Positions 29,525 to 39,217 of a DNA stretch of 64,000 nt are shown here, one piece after another. Position numbers and translations under genes: made by a program. Origin of the DNA: an uncultured Verrucomicrobiae bacterium (GTDB lineage: Bacteria > Verrucomicrobiota > Verrucomicrobiia > Chthoniobacterales > JAATET01). Under the pieces are notes generated by a model. It made no database searches and was not told the DNA's origin. It worked only from the letters and a program-made list of their open reading frames with translations. The DNA lies in assembly GCA_963719495.1 (NCBI GenBank), contig CAVRCI010000013.1:64001-128000 (forward strand). Reading direction: 5' to 3'. The first letter of the stretch is position 1. Each line of letters begins with the position of its first letter.

Positions 29525-29534
29525 GAAACCAACG

Positions 29535-29759
29535 TCACCGCGCCGCCCGAGCCCGGTCCAACCGCCGCGAGCTGTAGGGCCCAAACATCTGATCCTGCGC
29601 CGTCCGCACCTGCTCCCGCTTCGCCTCCGAAGGCGAAGCACACCCGCCAAGACCCAAAAACGCCGCAGCCAGCAGGGCACTCGAGGAACGGCGATTTACA
29701 ACCGCCGCACCAACCCAAAAGCGCTCGAAGAGCGCTTCAAATTGCAACCTCACCCTCAC
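29535..29759 (-). CDS. Putative small lipoprotein (5' end overlaps a REP-like remnant)
   Basis: ALLAAAFLGLGG-C lipobox-like segment; possible GTG start overlapping the upstream TGA. Confidence 0.4.
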   Translation of the reverse strand: MRVRLQFEALFERFWVGAAVVNRRSSSALLAAAFLGLGGCASPSEAKREQVRTAQDQMFGPYSSRRLDRARAAR

Positions 29760-29899
29760 CGGTAAAAGCTCACTCCATCGCGCCGCGTCGTCAGCACGTC
29801 CACCTGCCCCCGCGCCTGCTCCTGCGACGTCATCGGCTTCCGCTCCGTCGCGCACCCCGCCAACACCACACCCGCCAGTATCACGATCATCACTTTCAT
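29756..29899 (-). CDS. Putative 47-aa lipoprotein
   Basis: Hand-translated MKVMIVILAGVVLAGCATERKPMTSQEQARGQVDVLTTRRDGVSFYR with a LAGC lipobox. Confidence 0.65.
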   Translation of the reverse strand: MKVMIVILAGVVLAGCATERKPMTSQEQARGQVDVLTTRRDGVSFYR

Positions 29900-30040
29900 A
29901 CCCCAACGCTAATCCACCACCCCTCCCACCGCAAACGAGAGTCCCACGACTCACGCCCGCCCCGCCGTGCGTCATAGCCGCCCCGCCGCTTGCATCCCCC
30001 GCCCGCGCGACCTACCGTCGCCCACTCGCAAAACAAGACC

Positions 30041-31228
30041 ATGGACAGCATTCTCGACCCGGCCCGCCTCGAAGGCATCGAATTTTCCAACGACGAAATC
30101 GCCCGCTACTCGCGGCATCTCATCATGCCCGAGGTCACGCTCGAAGGTCAGCGCAAGCTCAAGGCCGCCCGCGTCCTCTGCATCGGCACCGGCGGCCTCG
30201 GCTCGCCGATCGGCCTCTACCTCGCCGCCGCCGGCGTGGGCACCCTCGGCCTCGTCGACTGCGACGTCGTCGATTATTCGAATCTCCAACGCCAAATCCT
30301 CCACGGCACCAAGGACGTCGGCCGCAAAAAGATCAACTCCGCCCGCGACCGCATCAAGGACACCAACCCCAACGTCCAGGTCGAGCTCCACGACACGTTC
30401 TTCACCGCCGCCAATGCCGAGGAGATCGTCACGAACTACGACATCGTCATCGACGGCACCGACAATTTCCCCACCCGCTACCTGTCCAACGACATCTGCG
30501 TCTTCCTGAAAAAGCCCAACGTCTACGGCTCCATCTTCCGTTTCGACGGCCAGGCCACCGTCTTCGCCCCGCACCTCGGCGGCCCCTGCTACCGCTGCCT
30601 CTACCCCGAGCCCCCGCCGCCGGGCATGGTCCCGAGCTGCGCCGAAGGCGGCGTCCTCGGCGTCCTCCCCGGCATCGTCGGCGTCATCCAGGCCATCGAG
30701 GCCGTCAAACTCATCGTCGGCATCGGCGAACCGCTCATCGGTCGGCTCCTCCACTTCGACGCCCTCAAAATGGCCTTCCGCGAGTTCAAGGTCCGCAAAG
30801 ACCCAGCCTGCCCCGTCTGCAGCGAGAATCCGACCATTACCGAGCTCATCGATTACGACACGTTCTGCGGCATCCCGCAGGCCGCCGCCGCCGAGGAAGC
30901 CGAGGAGCCGCTCCCGGAGATCACCGTCGAAGAACTCAAGGCCCGACAGGACGCCGGCGACGATTTCGTCCTCCTCGACGTCCGCGAACCCTACGAATAC
31001 GACGTCGCCCGTATCCCGGGATCCAAGCTCATCCCATTAGGCGAACTCCCCGCCCGCCTCAGCGAACTCGACACCGCCGACGACATCGTCGTCCATTGCA
31101 AAATGGGAGCCCGCAGCGCCACCGCCGTCCGCGCCCTGCAGGACGCCGGATTCGCCAAGCTCCACAACGTCGAAGGCGGCATCCTGGCCTGGTCCGACCG
31201 CATCGACCCCACGGTCCCAAAATACTAA
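30041..31228 (+). CDS. moeB: Molybdopterin-synthase adenylyltransferase with rhodanese domain (MoeZ-type)
   Basis: RYSRH, GTGGLG, SNLQRQ, CYRC, CPVC and C-terminal rhodanese HCKMGARS. Confidence 0.95.
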   Translation: MDSILDPARLEGIEFSNDEIARYSRHLIMPEVTLEGQRKLKAARVLCIGTGGLGSPIGLYLAAAGVGTLGLVDCDVVDYSNLQRQILHGTKDVGRKKINSARDRIKDTNPNVQVELHDTFFTAANAEEIVTNYDIVIDGTDNFPTRYLSNDICVFLKKPNVYGSIFRFDGQATVFAPHLGGPCYRCLYPEPPPPGMVPSCAEGGVLGVLPGIVGVIQAIEAVKLIVGIGEPLIGRLLHFDALKMAFREFKVRKDPACPVCSENPTITELIDYDTFCGIPQAAAAEEAEEPLPEITVEELKARQDAGDDFVLLDVREPYEYDVARIPGSKLIPLGELPARLSELDTADDIVVHCKMGARSATAVRALQDAGFAKLHNVEGGILAWSDRIDPTVPKY

Positions 31229-31483
31229 CAGCGCGAAGCGCGAAAACCCACCCCCGGAGGGCGAGGCTCCCGCAGAATGGATCGGCGTCCGAATAGAGAG
31301 AGGAAGTTGAGAGTTCATAGTTGAGAGCCGGAGCGAAGCGGAGACCGCCGAAGGCAATTGAATGCCTCAGGATCAACGATTTGCGGAGCCAAGGGCGTTC
31401 ACCTTCCAGGTGAACTCGTGATTCGACGCAAGTCGCTCATCCCCAACTCTCAACTCACAACTCTCAACTCCCCACTTTCCTTC

Positions 31484-31834
31484 TCAGGATAAATCGCGCG
31501 ACCCAACGCTCTTCCGACGGAAAAGCAGCGCGCCTCGACGCAGTGCCGCACCCGGTCGAAATACCGCGCCGGATATCCGAGCTCCTCCAGGATTTCGACC
31601 GCCCTGGTTCCCGCCAACGACGAAGCCGAAGCGCGATCTGGAGAATTCTTCGGCAACGACACGCAATCGTGCAGATACGCCGGCGGCTGCACAACCGCGA
31701 CCTCGGCACCCTCTTGCGAAGCGAAGCGCCGACGCGACAACCCGGCAAACGTGCGCGATCCCGTAAGCCGAGTCGGGCTGCGTGATCGCCGCCGACGCGT
31801 GCAGCCGTCTCCGCCATACATCCGGATCGATCAT
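31484..31834 (-). pseudogene. Frameshifted, truncated HD-domain phosphohydrolase (YedJ-like)
   Basis: DSAYGIAHVCRVVASALRF in one frame continues as EGAEVAVV...AYLHDCVSLPKNSPDR in another (shift ~31715); the C-terminal half is missing. Confidence 0.75.
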
Positions 31835-31959
31835 GAAAAATCTTTTTCGGGGGCAACCAAAACGATCCCGCAAGTGCTCCGAGGCAGAAGATTCCCAAAA
31901 AAAACCACCGATCGGTCAGCCAGGATCATTCGTGGGAACCCCAGTTACCGTAAGAAAAA

Positions 31960-32035
31960 TGGTGGCTGAAGAGGGAATCGAACCCCCGACACGAGGATTT
32001 TCAATCCTCTGCTCTACCAACTGAGCTATTCAGCC
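31960..32035 (-). tRNA. tRNA-Phe(GAA)
   Basis: GGCTGAATAGCTCAGTTGGTAGAGCAGAGGATTGAAAATCCTCGTGTCGGGGGTTCGATTCCCTCTTCAGCCACCA: cloverleaf, GAA anticodon, encoded CCA. Confidence 0.98.
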
Positions 32036-32093
32036 GTTACCGGGACGCGAAGAATAATTCCGCCACGGTCAATTGCAAGCGCAATGCTCGCAA

Positions 32094-33782
32094 TCAGGGA
32101 GTCGGCGGCGTCGCCATCATCTGACTGTAAACACCGGCCCCGACGCCGAGCCCAAGCAGGACGCTGGTCTGCGAAATCGTGATCGGGCCGGAACTTTCCA
32201 TCAGCCAGCCGCCCTCGACCTGCCGCTGGACGTAGGTGATCGGGCGAAGATACTGCGCGATCGCTTCGGTCTCGGGCAATTTGCTCACGTCGACCTTCTC
32301 GGCGATGTCCGGCGACATGGCGGCGGCGAAGGTGACGACGGGGCGAAGCTGATTGTAGAGCCGCTCGAAGACGACCTTGGCGTCGATGTAGCCGAAGCCC
32401 TGCGCCGGGGTGTCGTAGGCGGCTTTCGCTTTCGCGAAGCCGGGGGCGTCGGCCAGCGTCCTGGCTTCCGGATCGGGCTGGAGGGCTCTGGCCAGATCGG
32501 CGCTCGTGAGGGCGGCGAAGAGGTATTCGTCGCTGATCGCCACGACGGGGTCGACGAGCTGGATCGGCAGGGCGGGGAACGCCAGAACGCGGGCACCAGC
32601 GAGCTCGCTGCTGGTGAGTTCCAATCCCGCGCCCGAAGCGGCGCGGTCGACGACGGTCTCGATTTCGGCGCGGTTCTCGATGTCCATCGCCGCGAGGACG
32701 CTTGGGAACATCGCGTTGGGTGCCCAGTTGACGACGATCGTGGTGTCGCCGCCGAACCAGCTGGCGAGCTGACCGAGATCGATTTCGTTGGCGGTCAGAA
32801 ATTCACGGAGTTCCTCGGGCAGCGAAGCGGCGTAGTCCGGCGAACGGATCGCCGACCAGTCCTGAATCGCCTCGAAGAAGATGGACGTGTCGGGCGTCGT
32901 GAAGGCCATGCCGTCGTGTTGGAGCGTCGGGTATTTCGTTTCCAGCCCCGGTGCCAGGACGAAAAGGGTCTCGTTCTGATCGAGTCCGTCGAAGGTGAGC
33001 GTCCCGCCGATGGCCTCGATCTGACGAATCTGTTCCGTCTCGAATCCAGTTGTCTGGGCACCCATTTCGCCGCCCATTTTGACCAACTCGTCGACGAGCG
33101 GCTGGACCCGCACGAACCAGAGGAATTCCGGGGCTTCCGAGAGGCGGTCGGCGACCGCGTCGAAGTCTTCGTTGCCGGCGAGGGTCGCTTCCTTCGAGCG
33201 GCCGGCGGCCCGGTCGAGCGCGCCGTGCAAAGCCGCCTCCGTCGAAGCCAGGAAGCCCCAGCCGCCGTGCGACGCGCTGTAGAGCGTGCCATTCGGCGCG
33301 GTGACCGCGGTGATCTCGTCGCCCTGGTAGTCGCTCGTGGCCTCGGTCGCGACGGGGAAAAAATTCTTCACCTCGGCGTGCAGCCGGTCCATCGCGTCGT
33401 CGACGTCGGCCTGGCTGCCGCCAAATTCGAAGCCGAGCAGAAGTTCGAGCGAACCCGTGTCGATCGCCGGGACCGCCACGAACAGACTCCGCGGGTCGAC
33501 TTTTGCCAGAATCTCGGACGCCTCGGAGCCGCCCTCGCCCTCCAGCATCGCCAGCGGTTTTTCCAGGAACGCGCGGACGGCCTCATCGTTGCCGATCTTC
33601 GCGAGGGCGGTCTCGCGCCATCGCTCGCCCGAGCGGTCCACGTCGGGGAGCGACGCGTAGAAGACGGTGCCGTCCGGCACGAGGCGGGTGCCGTCGACGG
33701 CGGACGATTCGCGGGACAGATACCACGCACCAGCCCCAACGACGACGGCCAGGAGAACGACAAGAGGAAGAGCCTTTTTCAT
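32094..33782 (-). CDS. Membrane-anchored hypothetical protein (DUF3352-like)
   Basis: 562-aa ORF with N-terminal anchor and LVPDGTVFYAS start typical of DUF3352-like proteins. Confidence 0.7.
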   Translation of the reverse strand: MKKALPLVVLLAVVVGAGAWYLSRESSAVDGTRLVPDGTVFYASLPDVDRSGERWRETALAKIGNDEAVRAFLEKPLAMLEGEGGSEASEILAKVDPRSLFVAVPAIDTGSLELLLGFEFGGSQADVDDAMDRLHAEVKNFFPVATEATSDYQGDEITAVTAPNGTLYSASHGGWGFLASTEAALHGALDRAAGRSKEATLAGNEDFDAVADRLSEAPEFLWFVRVQPLVDELVKMGGEMGAQTTGFETEQIRQIEAIGGTLTFDGLDQNETLFVLAPGLETKYPTLQHDGMAFTTPDTSIFFEAIQDWSAIRSPDYAASLPEELREFLTANEIDLGQLASWFGGDTTIVVNWAPNAMFPSVLAAMDIENRAEIETVVDRAASGAGLELTSSELAGARVLAFPALPIQLVDPVVAISDEYLFAALTSADLARALQPDPEARTLADAPGFAKAKAAYDTPAQGFGYIDAKVVFERLYNQLRPVVTFAAAMSPDIAEKVDVSKLPETEAIAQYLRPITYVQRQVEGGWLMESSGPITISQTSVLLGLGVGAGVYSQMMATPPTP

Positions 33783-33869
33783 GTCGCGGAACTGTCCGGC
33801 GGCATTTCCACCGTGTCGAGCAACAATCGATTGCGACCGGACCCCAACTCCGATACGTAAGTTGAGAGT

Positions 33870-34124
33870 ATGAAAAAATCAGACCTTGAAGAATACGTGA
33901 AGCCGGTGACAGACAGCGTGACCGCGGACAACCTTCGTTTGGTTTCCGACGTCTGCCTCTACCTCGGCTTCGTCTCCATCCTCGCCTCGATCATCACCTG
34001 GTTCACGGCCTCGCGCGAGAACCGGGCCTACGGTGAGCGCTTCGGCATCTTCATCGGCCTCTGGGTCCCGAGCTTCTTCATTCTGTCGAACCGGCTCTCC
34101 CGCAAGGCCGACGAGATCAGCTAG
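33870..34124 (+). CDS. Small two-TM membrane protein
   Basis: 84 aa, two hydrophobic helices, GIFIGLWVPS motif. Confidence 0.75.
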   Translation: MKKSDLEEYVKPVTDSVTADNLRLVSDVCLYLGFVSILASIITWFTASRENRAYGERFGIFIGLWVPSFFILSNRLSRKADEIS

Positions 34125-34200
34125 CCGGCCCGCGGGCCGACGGTTCGCGCGAAGGTCATTTGAATTTCGAGATGGGCGCGCTTCGGTGCGCCCACTTTCG

Positions 34201-35355
34201 TTACGTCGACTCGCTGGCGGCCGCCTTTGACGTTTCCGCCGTGCCGACTCGCTTGTCCGCTTCCCGGCGCCGGACCCACACGGTCGACGGCTGCTCGAGG
34301 TAGCGCCACGACAACGTTGCCACGCCAATCGACACGCCGCAGAGCACCAGAGCCCGCGCGAAGACGTGCGGCTTCAACCCAATCTCGTCGAGCCACGGGC
34401 CGACGAGCACGTGGACGAGGACGTGGAAGACGTAGATGCCGTAGCTGATCTTCCCGATGTAGACGAGCACCCGCGTCTCGAAAAAGCGCCCGATGATTCC
34501 CGGCCAACCCTCGATCGTTCGCAGCATCACCCAACCGAGAAAAACGTTTTCGAACGTTTCGATGAGCGCGAGGAAGGGCGAGTCAAAAGTCGAATAGCGC
34601 AGCAGCCGCGCGGCGACGTAACACGCCAGCGCCGCAACCGCGACCGCCGCCCCGGTCCCGCCGCTGGCGAGCGGGGCGCGCTCCGGCGCGGCTTTCCAGC
34701 AGGCAATCAGCGCCCCGAGGGCAAAGCTGTCGATCACGCCGGGGATCATCGTCCATTTCAGCAGATCCGAGGCTCCGCTCGCCGAAGCCCAGAATCGGAA
34801 ACCAAACGCCCCGGCGAAGAGCGCCAACATCGCCCACGGCAGGACGCGCCGCGGAATGACGAGGATCACGAACGGCCACATTAGATAAAATTGCTCCTGC
34901 ACCGAGAGCGACCAAAGGTGCGAGGCCGCTCCCGGCCACCATCCCTGCATCGTCGCGTAGAAATTCGTCAGGAAGAGCGCGTGCCACTGCCAGGCATCGC
35001 GGTATTCCGGCAACCCGATCAAGATCGCGACGACGATCATCAAATAGAGCACCGGCGCCAGCCGCACGAAGCGTCGCGCGTGGAAATCCCACAGCCCACG
35101 CCACCAGCTCGCGCCCGCCACCGAGCGCGCGTTCAGTTTCCACAGCGACAACGTGATCAAATATCCACTCAGCAGAAAAAACAGCCGCACGCCGATCGGA
35201 CCCCAATCGACCCACGCCGGCAGGTGGACGTTGAAGTGGTGGAGCAGCACCGTCAGGATCGCGATGCCGCGCAGCCCGTCGAGCTGGGGCAGGTATTTCG
35301 ACCGCTTCCCGGGCACCGCGACGTTCGGATTATCGGGATTGACGGGAACGGGCAT
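34201..35355 (-). CDS. Acyltransferase family 3 (OafA-like)
   Basis: LDGLRGIA, GVRLFFLLSGYLIT, HLWSLSVQEQFY, GKISYGIYVFH and SWRYLE. Confidence 0.93.
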   Translation of the reverse strand: MPVPVNPDNPNVAVPGKRSKYLPQLDGLRGIAILTVLLHHFNVHLPAWVDWGPIGVRLFFLLSGYLITLSLWKLNARSVAGASWWRGLWDFHARRFVRLAPVLYLMIVVAILIGLPEYRDAWQWHALFLTNFYATMQGWWPGAASHLWSLSVQEQFYLMWPFVILVIPRRVLPWAMLALFAGAFGFRFWASASGASDLLKWTMIPGVIDSFALGALIACWKAAPERAPLASGGTGAAVAVAALACYVAARLLRYSTFDSPFLALIETFENVFLGWVMLRTIEGWPGIIGRFFETRVLVYIGKISYGIYVFHVLVHVLVGPWLDEIGLKPHVFARALVLCGVSIGVATLSWRYLEQPSTVWVRRREADKRVGTAETSKAAASEST

Positions 35356-35475
35356 GGTCGAGCGGGTAACGAGCGGAGCGGACCTTTATTCAACCCGCGC
35401 CGGCAAGCAACTTCCGATCCCGCGAATTTGAAACTGGTCCCACCCCGCGCGGTTCGACACTATCCGACACCAGCG

Positions 35476-36180
35476 ATGTTAGCGGAAATCGAAACTCTCC
35501 TCACCCTTCAGGATCGCGATCAGCGCATCCGCAATCTCAAGCTCGAGCTCGAAGCGATCCCCGGAGAAAAGACCTCGAAGGAAAAACAGATCGCCGCCTC
35601 CGCCGCCCGCCTCGACGCCGCGAAGACCCGCCTCCGCGCCATCGAACTCGAGCGCAAGAATCTCCAGCTCGAAGCCGAGACCAAGCGCGGCCAGATCGCC
35701 CGCTACAAAACCCAGCAGCTCGAGACCCGCAAGAACGAGCAATTCGCCGCCCTCGGCCACGAGATCGACACCGCCGAGCGCAACATCCGCGACATCGAGG
35801 ACCGCGAACTCGACCTCATGGAGGAGACCGAAGCCCTTCAGCCGGCCTGCGTCGAAGCCGAGCGCGCCCACGGCGAGGAGCGCACCAAGCTCGAAGCCCA
35901 GATCAGCGACCTCGAGCAGAAACGCGGCAACGTCGAAACCTCCGTCGCCGAACTTCGCGCCAGCCGCCCCACGCTCACCGACGGCATCGACGAGGAACTC
36001 CTCGAGCAATACGACCGCATTTTCAAAGGCAAAAACGGCACCGCTATCGTCGAACTCGAAAGCGGCAACTGCACCGGCTGCCACGTCAAAGTCACGACCC
36101 AGACCGTGATCTCCACCAAAGCCGCCAAGGAAATCGTCCACTGCCCGAACTGCAGCCGGATGCTCTACATGACCATTTAG
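35476..36180 (+). CDS. Coiled-coil, C4-type zinc-ribbon protein (DUF164)
   Basis: LLTLQDRD start, long coiled coil, CTGC...CPNCSR. Confidence 0.9.
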   Translation: MLAEIETLLTLQDRDQRIRNLKLELEAIPGEKTSKEKQIAASAARLDAAKTRLRAIELERKNLQLEAETKRGQIARYKTQQLETRKNEQFAALGHEIDTAERNIRDIEDRELDLMEETEALQPACVEAERAHGEERTKLEAQISDLEQKRGNVETSVAELRASRPTLTDGIDEELLEQYDRIFKGKNGTAIVELESGNCTGCHVKVTTQTVISTKAAKEIVHCPNCSRMLYMTI

Positions 36181-36325
36181 CGGGCGTCTCCAGCCAACTC
36201 AGCCGGATGAACTCGATTGACAGGATGAACCGGATTTTCTGAAAGGAAATCCGGTTCCCCGGAAATCAAAATTCAGTAAATCCCGTAAATCCTGCCCCAT
36301 CCCGTTTAGTTTCCGCCGGGACCGC

Positions 36326-36790
36326 TCAATCCCACACCGCGGCAACGGCGAAAGCCGCCAACGCCACGATCTCCAGCCCGACGCGCAATGTCTGCCAGCG
36401 ATCCCACTGGTGCCAGAGCGCCCGCCACGCCTTCTCGTCCGTCCCGTCCGGCAGCGCGATCACGCCGCGCAGCGCCGGCAGACTCCCCTTCACGCTCGCC
36501 GCGACCATCCCCGCCAACGCGAGCAATCCAATGAGCGGTAACCACACCTCCAGCGTCCGCGTGAACGCGACGATCCCGGTCGCCGCGACCGCCGTCAGCA
36601 CCGCGGCCACCACCAACACCGGGAGCAACCGACTCGTCCGTTTGAAAACCGCCCGCACCGCCTCCGCCCGGCTCGCTTCGGGCAAACGATACAGCGCCGG
36701 CTGCACGAAGAAGACCGACCCCAGGTCGCACCCGGCCAGTAAGCCGAGCAGAACCAAATTCACCGCCTGCACCCACGCTTCCGCCGTCAT
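36326..36790 (-). CDS. DUF1772/anthrone-oxygenase-like membrane protein
   Basis: Four TM segments; GLLAG, VQPAL and W..W..WQTLR motifs. Confidence 0.65.
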   Translation of the reverse strand: MTAEAWVQAVNLVLLGLLAGCDLGSVFFVQPALYRLPEASRAEAVRAVFKRTSRLLPVLVVAAVLTAVAATGIVAFTRTLEVWLPLIGLLALAGMVAASVKGSLPALRGVIALPDGTDEKAWRALWHQWDRWQTLRVGLEIVALAAFAVAAVWD

Positions 36791-38382
36791 TTCGTCACTC
36801 CCTCCAAGCTCAGCCGCCCCGCCTTGAGCGCGGCGTATTCGTAACTGTCCACCAGCGCCTGCCAGCTCGCCTCGATGATGTTGTCCGACACGCCGACCGT
36901 CCCCCAGGACGTCTCGCCGTCCGTCGATTCAATCAGCACGCGCGTCCGAGCCGCGGTCCCCATTTTCCCGTCCACGATTCGCACCTTGTAATCCGTGAGC
37001 GCGATTTCGTCGATCCAGCCGTAGAACGGTCGGAGCGCCTTGCGCAGCGCCGCGTCCAGCGCGTTCACCGGCCCATCGCCCTCGGCCACGGTGTATTCCG
37101 CCTCGCCGCCAACGTGCAGCTTCACCGTCGCCTCGCAAGTATTCACCGACCCACCCGCCGGCGCGTGCCGGAACGTGCAGTGGTATTCCTTCAAGTCGAA
37201 CAACGCCCGCCAAGCGCCGAGAAAACGCCGCACGAGCAGATCGAACGACCCATCCGCCGCCTCGAATTCGAACCCCTCGTTCTCCAATCGCTTGATCTCC
37301 GCCAACGTCGCCGCGACCTCCGGCGCGCCCTTCGCCAGCTCGAAGCCCAGCTCCTTCGCCTTCACCAGCACGTTCGACTGACCCGACAGATCCGACACCA
37401 CGATCGTCTGGCGATTCCCGACCGTCGAGGGCGGCACGTGCTCGTAGGTCCGCGCCAGCTTCTGAACCGCGTGCACGTGCAGACCGCCCTTGTGCGTGAA
37501 CGCCGCCGCTCCCACGTAGGGCGCGCGGATGTCGGGCGGCACGTTCGCCATTTCGTCCACGAAAACGGACAACTCCCGCAGCCGCGCCAAGTCATCCACG
37601 ACCGGGATCCCGAGCTTCAGCTGCAAATTCGGGATCACGCTCACAAGGTTGCAATTCCCCACACGCTCGCCGTAGCCGTTGATCGTGCCCTGCACCTGCG
37701 ACGCCCCGGCGCGCACCGCCGCCAGCGCGTTCGCCACGCCCACGCCGCAATCGTTGTGCGTATGAATCCCCACCGCCGCGCCGAGGTGTGCCATCACGTC
37801 CTGAGCCACCGACCCGACGGTCTCCGGCATCGACCCTCCGTTCGTGTCGCACAGCACCACGAGATCCGCCCCGGCGTCCCGCGCCGCCCGCACGGTCGCG
37901 AGCGAGTATTCGGGATCCTCCGAGTAACTGTCGAAAAAATGCTCCGCGTCGTAGAGCACCTCGCGCCCGTGACCCTTCAAAAAACGCACCGTGTCCGCGA
38001 TCATCGCCAGATTCTCCTCCAGCGAGACGTTGAAAACCTCCGTCACGTGCAGCGGCCACGTCTTCCCCACGATCGTCACCACCGGCGTCTCCGCCTCGAG
38101 CAGCAACCGCACCTGCGGATCCTCCTCCACGGACATTTTCCCGCGCCGCGTCATCCCGAAAGCCGCGATCCTCGCGTGCTTCCAAGTCCGCGCCGCCGCC
38201 GCCTCGAAGAACGCGACGTCCCGCGGATTCGACCCCGGCCAGCCGCCTTCGATGTAGTCGAACCCAAACGCGTCGAGCCGTTCGGCGACACGAATCTTAT
38301 CCTGCACCGAAAACGAAATTCCCGTGCCCTGCGTCCCATCCCGCAAGGTCGTATCGTAAAGCGTCACTCGTTTCCCGTCCAT
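36787..38382 (-). CDS. cimA: Citramalate synthase
   Basis: YDTTLRDGTQ, IEGGWPGSNP, DAEHFFD, CDTNGG, HTHND, GYGER.GN and GDGPVNALD. Confidence 0.95.
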   Translation of the reverse strand: MDGKRVTLYDTTLRDGTQGTGISFSVQDKIRVAERLDAFGFDYIEGGWPGSNPRDVAFFEAAAARTWKHARIAAFGMTRRGKMSVEEDPQVRLLLEAETPVVTIVGKTWPLHVTEVFNVSLEENLAMIADTVRFLKGHGREVLYDAEHFFDSYSEDPEYSLATVRAARDAGADLVVLCDTNGGSMPETVGSVAQDVMAHLGAAVGIHTHNDCGVGVANALAAVRAGASQVQGTINGYGERVGNCNLVSVIPNLQLKLGIPVVDDLARLRELSVFVDEMANVPPDIRAPYVGAAAFTHKGGLHVHAVQKLARTYEHVPPSTVGNRQTIVVSDLSGQSNVLVKAKELGFELAKGAPEVAATLAEIKRLENEGFEFEAADGSFDLLVRRFLGAWRALFDLKEYHCTFRHAPAGGSVNTCEATVKLHVGGEAEYTVAEGDGPVNALDAALRKALRPFYGWIDEIALTDYKVRIVDGKMGTAARTRVLIESTDGETSWGTVGVSDNIIEASWQALVDSYEYAALKAGRLSLEGVTK

Positions 38383-38417
38383 CGAACCGACAACGCTACC
38401 CGCAACCGGCCACCCAT

Positions 38418-38479
38418 TTCAAGGAGCGGCGATTTGCAATCGCCGAACCAACCCGATCCGGCGAAGCCGGACACTTCCC
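38418..38479. repeat. GGAG-type REP-like element, copy of 19722-19784
   Basis: TTCAAGGAGCGGCGATTTGCAATCGCCGA.CCAACCC.ATCCGGC...AGCCGGACACTTCCC. Confidence 0.85.
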
Positions 38480-38485
38480 CTCACC

Positions 38486-39217
38486 TCACCGCCACGCCGC
38501 CAGATCCCACCCCATCACCCGCTCCAACTCCCCCACCTCCGGCGCGAAAACCTCCCGCAACCACTCCCGGTCCCCCGCCGCCATCTCGTCCGTATACCGC
38601 ACCTTCACCGGCTTCCGCCGCACCCGAAACCGCCGCCGCTCCACGCCCAAAAAATTCGCCACCCGGTCAAAAACCTCCGCCGGCTCGTCCCGCAGCTCCT
38701 CGCTCCGCAGCACCAGCATCTGCTCCGCCGGGAACCACCGCCGGAACCGCTCGATCTGCCCCGCGTAGCGCCCCCGATCCACGTAGGACCAGAACCGATG
38801 CTGACCCGGCCCCGCCTCCGCGCACCGCTCGTCCTCCCGCCGGATCGCCTCGCCGAAGGGCAGCGTCTCCTGCCCATTCCGCGTCGTCATTTGCCAATGC
38901 GACCACGCCCGGTCGATCGGATTCCGCAGCACCGCCAGCAGCTTCATCTGGGGGCTGTATCCCGCGATCCGCTCCGCCACCGGCTCCCAATACAAATACA
39001 CCGGCGTGTTCTCACCCACGACCTGCCCGTCACCCGGCGCAAAGTTCGCGTGATACTCCGCAAAATCCGGCGTCCCGCCCGCGAACGCCGCGTCGTGGTC
39101 GAAAAAATGCACCTCCTTCCGCTCGGCCAGGCAAAGCCCCGGGTGCTGACGCAGCATCCGATTGAGCGCCGTCGTCCCCGACTTCTGCGCCCCGATCACC
39201 AGAAAATCGACCTTCAT
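38486..39217 (-). CDS. PAPS-dependent sulfotransferase
   Basis: IGAQKSGTT (5'-PSB), KEVHFFD, GENTPVY and RNPIDRAWS (3'-PB). ATG 39217 overlaps the allB stop. Confidence 0.92.
   Translation of the reverse strand: MKVDFLVIGAQKSGTTALNRMLRQHPGLCLAERKEVHFFDHDAAFAGGTPDFAEYHANFAPGDGQVVGENTPVYLYWEPVAERIAGYSPQMKLLAVLRNPIDRAWSHWQMTTRNGQETLPFGEAIRREDERCAEAGPGQHRFWSYVDRGRYAGQIERFRRWFPAEQMLVLRSEELRDEPAEVFDRVANFLGVERRRFRVRRKPVKVRYTDEMAAGDREWLREVFAPEVGELERVMGWDLAAWR

Noticed and set aside
31229..32035. Integrative element at tRNA-Phe
   Set aside because: No integrase and no duplicated tRNA 3' end seen in the window.
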